DNA from: Candidatus Omnitrophota bacterium
GTDB lineage: Bacteria > Omnitrophota > Omnitrophia > Omnitrophales > Aquincolibacteriaceae
NCBI GenBank assembly: GCA_903884815.1
Contig: CAISGE010000002.1
Span: 45,955-109,954, forward strand
Reading direction: 5' to 3'
DNA: 64,000 nucleotides
Positions 60,501-64,000 of the stretch are shown one piece after another (the stretch's first letter is position 1; the number at the start of each line of letters is the position of its first letter). The notes beneath the pieces were generated by a model, which saw nothing but the letters and a program-made list of their open reading frames with translations, did not search any database and was not told where the DNA came from. The position numbers were made by a program, and so were the translations under genes.

Positions 60501-63500
60501 GATGGGGAATCAGATCCTGCTTCCCACGACGGTGAGCAGTCTTGTGACGACCCCTGATGACCTGAATCTCTCGCTCACGGGCGCCGTCGGCAGTACCTAT
60601 GCGCTCAATTACTGCACCATGAACGATCTGAACACCACGACTTCCGCCTGCAGTGAAATGAAAGTGACGCCTCCGAGCGGGGCGCTCATCGGGGTCTCAC
60701 TGACCTTTGACATCCAGCGGCGTTTGATCACACAGGTTTTTGCGAACGGAAATGTCCGCACCTTTCATTATAATGCGCAAGGCGTCTACGATGCATACAG
60801 TGAGACGGATACGGCCGGCAACGGCACGACCTACGTTCAAAACGGTGTTTTTGCTCCGGGAGGGCGGGTGCTAGGGGAGGTCGTGAACGGCGAAAATGTG
60901 TTTTATGTGGGTTTCGCGGACAAAGGCTTCGCGGCGGACAAGATCCAGGCTGCGATCGATCTCGCCCCGGCGGGCGCCGTGATCCTGCTCGCGGTCGGAA
61001 CTTACGTGAACGGTTTTAATCTGAACGCGGGAACTAAAGAGCTGACGATCCGTGGGGACGGGGCCGTGGTGATCGACGGGAGCACGGGCGCCGAACGTTT
61101 CGCGAGCGTTTTAAGCGGTGGGCAATTACATCTCGAACACCTGACGTTCCGGCATTTCAACATCCATCCTTACGCGAGCGGCACCTCGGTTAATCCCGCC
61201 GGGAAGGGCATCCTCTACGTGGGAGAGGGCTCCCGGCTGACGGTGGACGGCGTAACTTTCGAGAACGATCAAATGTCGGCCGCCGGCGGCCTGATCTACG
61301 CGGTCGGAGGTTTGACCGCGGCGAAATTAGCCGACGTGACAATTACAAATTCGACCTTCCAAAATAACACCCTGATCTCCGCGGCAGGGGCGGCAATGCC
61401 GGCCTCGACGATCACGAATACTGAAGTTGTCGGCGGGAAGAATATGTTCACATTTACGACCGTTGCGGGATGCACCTACGATATTCAGAATTCCACGGAC
61501 CTGGTTCATTGGACGACGATCACCGGACCGGTCACGGCGACGGGCGATCTGTCCGTCGCGACTGCGGCCACTACGACACCGAGCGGCTTTTTCAGGGTCC
61601 GGACGCTGACGGGGCAAGGCGGCGGGTCGAATGCCGCGGTCCAGGCCTTTCAAGCGAATGTCCACATCTCGGGTTCTCTTTTTGAGAACAATCAGGTCGG
61701 GGCAGGCGCCGGGGCGGTGTCGATGAGCGGGCTCCAGGGCGGTTTCAACGGAGTGATCGAGAACACGGTTTTCCGGAACAACAGCGCGACGTCCCAATAC
61801 GGAGCCGGCGGCGTGATGGCCCTGAGCGGAAATATCACGATTGCCGGCTGTGACTTTATTGGAAATACTGCCACCGAGGGCTACGGCGGCGCGATCCGTC
61901 TCGGGGGAGCGCAGGCGACGCTGGACCACAATCTGTTCGTCGGGAACAAGGCTCTCTATGGCGGCGCGATCCAGACCACGTCAGCCGGTTCTTCATTCTC
62001 TTCGGGCTCTTTTTACGCGCCGGAAACCCGGGAAGTTCACATCAGTTTTTCGACTGTCGCGGACAATGTCTCCCTCGCGGGCGGAGGCGTCATTGATTCA
62101 AGGGATTGGATCAATCCGGTGAACGGGCAGCGCATGACCGTCGCCAAGAGTATTTTTTCCGATGCCGGGCAGTCGGATATCACCGGAGATCCTCAGGCCA
62201 CGCTAACGATCACGGATGCGTTGAGGACCGGAACGGACCCGCTCTTTATAGATGCCGCGAACGGCGATTACAGGATCCGCCCGAATTCCCCCGCCCAATC
62301 GCAGGTCAATAATAGCGCCGTGGCCTGGGGGAGCGAAGGGTTTGGGCCCGCGATCCAGTATTTGCTTGCGCCGGTCGATCCAGCTTCGATCCCGGTTCTT
62401 ACGAACCAGACCTCGCTTTCGATCTCGTTCCAGCTGAGACCGGTGTCTGCGATCAATCAGCTGACGCTAAAACAGGTGACGTCAAACGCCGCTCCTTTCA
62501 CCTTCACGATCTCGGTCTCGCTGCTCCACGAAGGTTTGAATTCGGGTCTCAAGGCCGTCCTGGACAATGAATACGGCCATTTTGAATACGTGCTTCCCGA
62601 CATCATCCGGGACACGACCCCGCCGGTGCTAGCGGTGTTACCGCCTTCGAATGCAACGCAGAGCGCGGTCACGATCAACTGGACGACGACCAATGAAGCC
62701 AGCGATTCTCAGGTTCAGTATCGCGTGCAGGGGCAGGGGACCACGGCTTGGTCGAACACGACCCTCAACACGTCACTTGTGACAAGCCATTCGGTGACGT
62801 TTAGCGGGCTGAGCGCGAACACGGTGTACGAATATCAGGTGAAGTCCAAGGACCAAGCCGGGAACCTCGCCACTCAGACGACGATTTCAAACTTCACGAC
62901 GCCGGCTCCTCCCGAAACTCCGGCTGTTTCGATCATCGCGCAACACAATTACGAGAATGTTCCAGAGAGAGGCACCGTCGGCGGAGGGATTTGCATTATA
63001 GCGGACGTGACGAAAATTGCGGGCGTTATTACTTCGGTTGATTTTTATATGGACGGAGTCTTGGGGTGGACCCAGAATGTGAATTTCTATTGGCCGTTCT
63101 ATAGCGAAGGTAAGCCGAACGGTACGCATATTTTCACCGCGAAAGCCAAGGATAAAGACGGTAATATTATCTCCACGTCCTTACCCATCACCATTAATAT
63201 TCAAAATGCTCCGGACAAAACTCCGCCGACATTCACGTTCGCCTCCGAGCTTGCAAATAATCCCATCATAACGGGGAGGACCTATGTTTATGGTACAGGC
63301 AGAGATCCACTGGTAGAAGGAGCCACCACGTCGGGGTTTGCCGGCATTCAATATAGGGTTGAGAACTCGCACGGGGAAGTGACGTTCCTCGGAGACGAGA
63401 CCGTAGCCCCTGCTTATTGTGCTCTCTTGGATCCCGCATCTGATCCCGCTCATTTGGCCAACGGTGATTACACGCTGTTCGCCGTTGCCCGCGACGCGGC

Positions 63501-64000
63501 CAACAACACATACGAAACTAGTGTTCCCATTACGATCAATTATACCGGGCCTATTGTTCCCCCGGATCCGCCGGCGATCAGCGCCCAGCCCGTGGGAGGA
63601 AGCGTTGCGCTAGGCGACAGTCTGACTTTAACGGTGGTTGCGAGCGTTCCTGCCGGCTCCACGCTTTTGTTTCAGTGGCAGAAAGACGGGGCAAATGTAG
63701 GCGAGCCGACGATGGGCGATGCGACGAGCAGTAGCAGTTACACGATCTCCAGCGCGGCCCCTGCGGATGCCGGGAGGTACCGTTGCATCATCAAGCGAAT
63801 GAACGGCACGGAGCTCAGCGAAGTAACAAGCAGCGAAGCCCTTGTGTCCATTCCCGATCATGAGGCGCCGCGGAAGCCGACGTGGCTGGATTTGTCGCCG
63901 ATCTCCAATCCGATCTCCAATCTAACGAGTACTTCGGTGACGCTCTCGTGGAACGCGACGACGGACAATATCGGAGTGACGGGCTATCAAATCTTCAAGA
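54553..64000 (+). CDS. Giant secreted multi-domain protein, 5' part (>3100 aa): FN3, cadherin/Big_9, He_PIG, three beta-helix regions, Big_7-like and I-set Ig domains
   Basis: GGAG SD and ATG 54553; signal peptide MKNTIVNRGTAAALCFLMCFISIPVMPAHA. No stop seen in the frame, which explains its absence from the ORF track. Domains recognised by manual translation. Confidence 0.93.
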   Translation, partial: MKNTIVNRGTAAALCFLMCFISIPVMPAHAMVTQKPLVFGTSSKGSQQSGVPADKVDTTAKQEVPVEPNAGFMNPSAIRAATVNTPSTTMTPSIDTQKPSVPTGLAVSNVTATGVKLSWNAVTDNAGGSGVTGYDIYKDSALFATVAGNVTTYTVTGLTEGTAYTFTIKAKDAANNVSDASDPLSVTPSSVNQPPVATAPTVNPFNEDTPQAITLGGTDPDHNPLTYVIVTRPAHGSLVHDPAFPNDPSKFLYTPVADYNGTDSFTYKVNDGTATYTATDTTATSAAATVSLTINAVNDAPVATTTRVVNILQNTARTVTLGALNVDKDTLSYTILTRPAKGTLSCTGAACTYTPAANDFGTYSFSYKVSDGTLDSQPAIVTFEVVKPAAAPVMMAAQTGTTGESLSFTVPNAAAYTFDAFDGESLPAGAHYDAANGQFTWTPTYNQAGVHVLQFVKDQQTYQTLLAVSYVPPIGISNPEFGIMETYRMYDDIAKRNTALTYYRNDEGGFYTHYIDNGAGCSDSGNSAGTAASPRCTIPSELPAGAVIELHGGPYTNITSWQNAVNGAGTQDKPIFIRGNGVRIDARLSIYTRPTEENSYVIAEGLNAYAVNIGAPSNHVVLRNSDVHGDASGGGVSLQRPTESTKANPNNAISNVTLYNNTIHDNGIWQPELAEGDRDIHGLVIGWFSLVDHVWVLDNDIYHNEGDSIQVNAGPHVTPSNVNNIYIGRNEMHDDKQSALGVKSAKDVIISENDMYGIRVSSSASGDCTGNSDDGPESVWWLYNKIHDGALGFKFSGSAVGTYGMIGNLIYDIHGAGGPLSGDYSQSGQAMTDWHGNIIKYIVNNTIYDTDYGYSVWQGGRPNNESFTLVNNIGVTTLTGYAASSILHSDAINLSDNITGSSALFANVPAFSTRLDDFQFTATAGQMRSAEGGTKTMLTVPGADFTALGVKAGDRLDLGAARTDQNGKKIMNPAVSVYSSTWMYIESVNGDTITLKDNVWLWDSNAVKFSIYYYPYPKVNTNELYLDDVSKFSVGDVIEYNHDGVARRVVSVDTNVISDSIGPKGRIVLDSPVPKLISQASITNWGPKTDNNLVWDLSLKAGSAAIGKAESLQTITAMDHSGNPVLDGAGKPVSLAAYFNTLYGIQLPANPDLGGSDYTDAGVPAVSYYVGNDYTADSTHFTTVQAAQSRIAADIAAHAGDPSWIQPAYTVLIKAGVYQNVAGNCSGATCNLVNVTVSGTASAPITFKPLGDGPVVFRGFGFEDRDLNGDGMADGPADPNKRETLMRISGNYIHVEGLEFTNSQQGGLVIEGSFNRIENVSSHDNWTIGISIGDAGNRRVEGNVVTGCEAYNNRHYVGIAINFAQQTNWNPDWLVTKNIIENSLSYRNGYLPDGTKVLPIGGDPQGGGNSDGIMATKFCASGKTQNACPDNIFRGNIVWSNADDGIDVSFSDSLIENNISFDNGPSGSMGFKVFFENVKNSFVGNIAYANDGNGFDLRSTTTGIFLNNLALNNGAWGFSGGNFETNHNNMAYGSVLNADMSIPAACANSTCSNNWNGKGSGPLSGDPKLANTTLFKGSNGQIVFSLPAGTIDQKVAWLKGQFATAFSLQSGSGAINAGVAASYTDPITGETLSRTVLGSAPEIGAYEYTDGTTPPPDQTVPVISAVLSSSVTVNGAVISWTTNEASDSQLQYRVQGTTTWSNTTLNTSLVTSHSVTLSGLNARTVYEYQVKSKDQAGNLATQATISNFTTLTPPPTGAIPLSGGRTADYVSAADSSILNKLTVYDAQGVVQAVSYIPRAYVDLDHDEVTVVSGQVRITRHYKNRTTVDVFDQFGVLLTLDSQGNIQSGKIVNSVSATISGVQQTRYSTVATVNYQNQLPVSVVKAATDSVTVAYAPGTSNVTGYTYKNAAGAILAEAVPVAGGLFRVNAPALGIVLEQVKIQSAADAYRLMAKLASTMKRLADYKTELVQAYGFLYGTATATEMGNQILLPTTVSSLVTTPDDLNLSLTGAVGSTYALNYCTMNDLNTTTSACSEMKVTPPSGALIGVSLTFDIQRRLITQVFANGNVRTFHYNAQGVYDAYSETDTAGNGTTYVQNGVFAPGGRVLGEVVNGENVFYVGFADKGFAADKIQAAIDLAPAGAVILLAVGTYVNGFNLNAGTKELTIRGDGAVVIDGSTGAERFASVLSGGQLHLEHLTFRHFNIHPYASGTSVNPAGKGILYVGEGSRLTVDGVTFENDQMSAAGGLIYAVGGLTAAKLADVTITNSTFQNNTLISAAGAAMPASTITNTEVVGGKNMFTFTTVAGCTYDIQNSTDLVHWTTITGPVTATGDLSVATAATTTPSGFFRVRTLTGQGGGSNAAVQAFQANVHISGSLFENNQVGAGAGAVSMSGLQGGFNGVIENTVFRNNSATSQYGAGGVMALSGNITIAGCDFIGNTATEGYGGAIRLGGAQATLDHNLFVGNKALYGGAIQTTSAGSSFSSGSFYAPETREVHISFSTVADNVSLAGGGVIDSRDWINPVNGQRMTVAKSIFSDAGQSDITGDPQATLTITDALRTGTDPLFIDAANGDYRIRPNSPAQSQVNNSAVAWGSEGFGPAIQYLLAPVDPASIPVLTNQTSLSISFQLRPVSAINQLTLKQVTSNAAPFTFTISVSLLHEGLNSGLKAVLDNEYGHFEYVLPDIIRDTTPPVLAVLPPSNATQSAVTINWTTTNEASDSQVQYRVQGQGTTAWSNTTLNTSLVTSHSVTFSGLSANTVYEYQVKSKDQAGNLATQTTISNFTTPAPPETPAVSIIAQHNYENVPERGTVGGGICIIADVTKIAGVITSVDFYMDGVLGWTQNVNFYWPFYSEGKPNGTHIFTAKAKDKDGNIISTSLPITINIQNAPDKTPPTFTFASELANNPIITGRTYVYGTGRDPLVEGATTSGFAGIQYRVENSHGEVTFLGDETVAPAYCALLDPASDPAHLANGDYTLFAVARDAANNTYETSVPITINYTGPIVPPDPPAISAQPVGGSVALGDSLTLTVVASVPAGSTLLFQWQKDGANVGEPTMGDATSSSSYTISSAAPADAGRYRCIIKRMNGTELSEVTSSEALVSIPDHEAPRKPTWLDLSPISNPISNLTSTSVTLSWNATTDNIGVTGYQIFK

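Overview
Replication-origin region of a moderately GC-rich diderm bacterium; the gene content suggests Ca. Omnitrophota/PVC (inference). On the minus strand lie gyrA(partial)-gyrB-dciA-dnaN-dnaA, with DnaA boxes on both sides of dnaA and a B. subtilis-like unwinding module. dnaN carries two tandem in-frame TAA codons. On the plus strand follow rpmH-rnpA-yidD-yidC-mnmG, two parS sites and parA-parB. The best candidate for an undescribed system (13.5-17.8 kb) is a coupled operon: a Tes/MJ0619-like radical SAM enzyme, an ICMT-family methyltransferase, DUF4395, an Lgt paralog and three paralogous small membrane proteins ending in a lipobox-like G-[GA]-C-x-x-A motif, possibly a ribosomal lipopeptide or CaaX-like lipid-modification pathway. 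Further along: a probable beta-1,2-glucan scavenging locus; a biotin operon with its own FabG/FabF instead of bioC/bioH/bioW; a flavin-less degenerate rnfCD(G)EA cluster followed by pilT; a housekeeping block (polA to yraN); an Omp85 barrel with a kinase-like partner and an HTH-REC regulator; and the first ~3150 codons of a giant secreted multi-domain protein, absent from the ORF track because it runs off the window. No rRNA, tRNA, CRISPR array or transposase was seen. All family assignments come from motif recognition by eye, not database searches.
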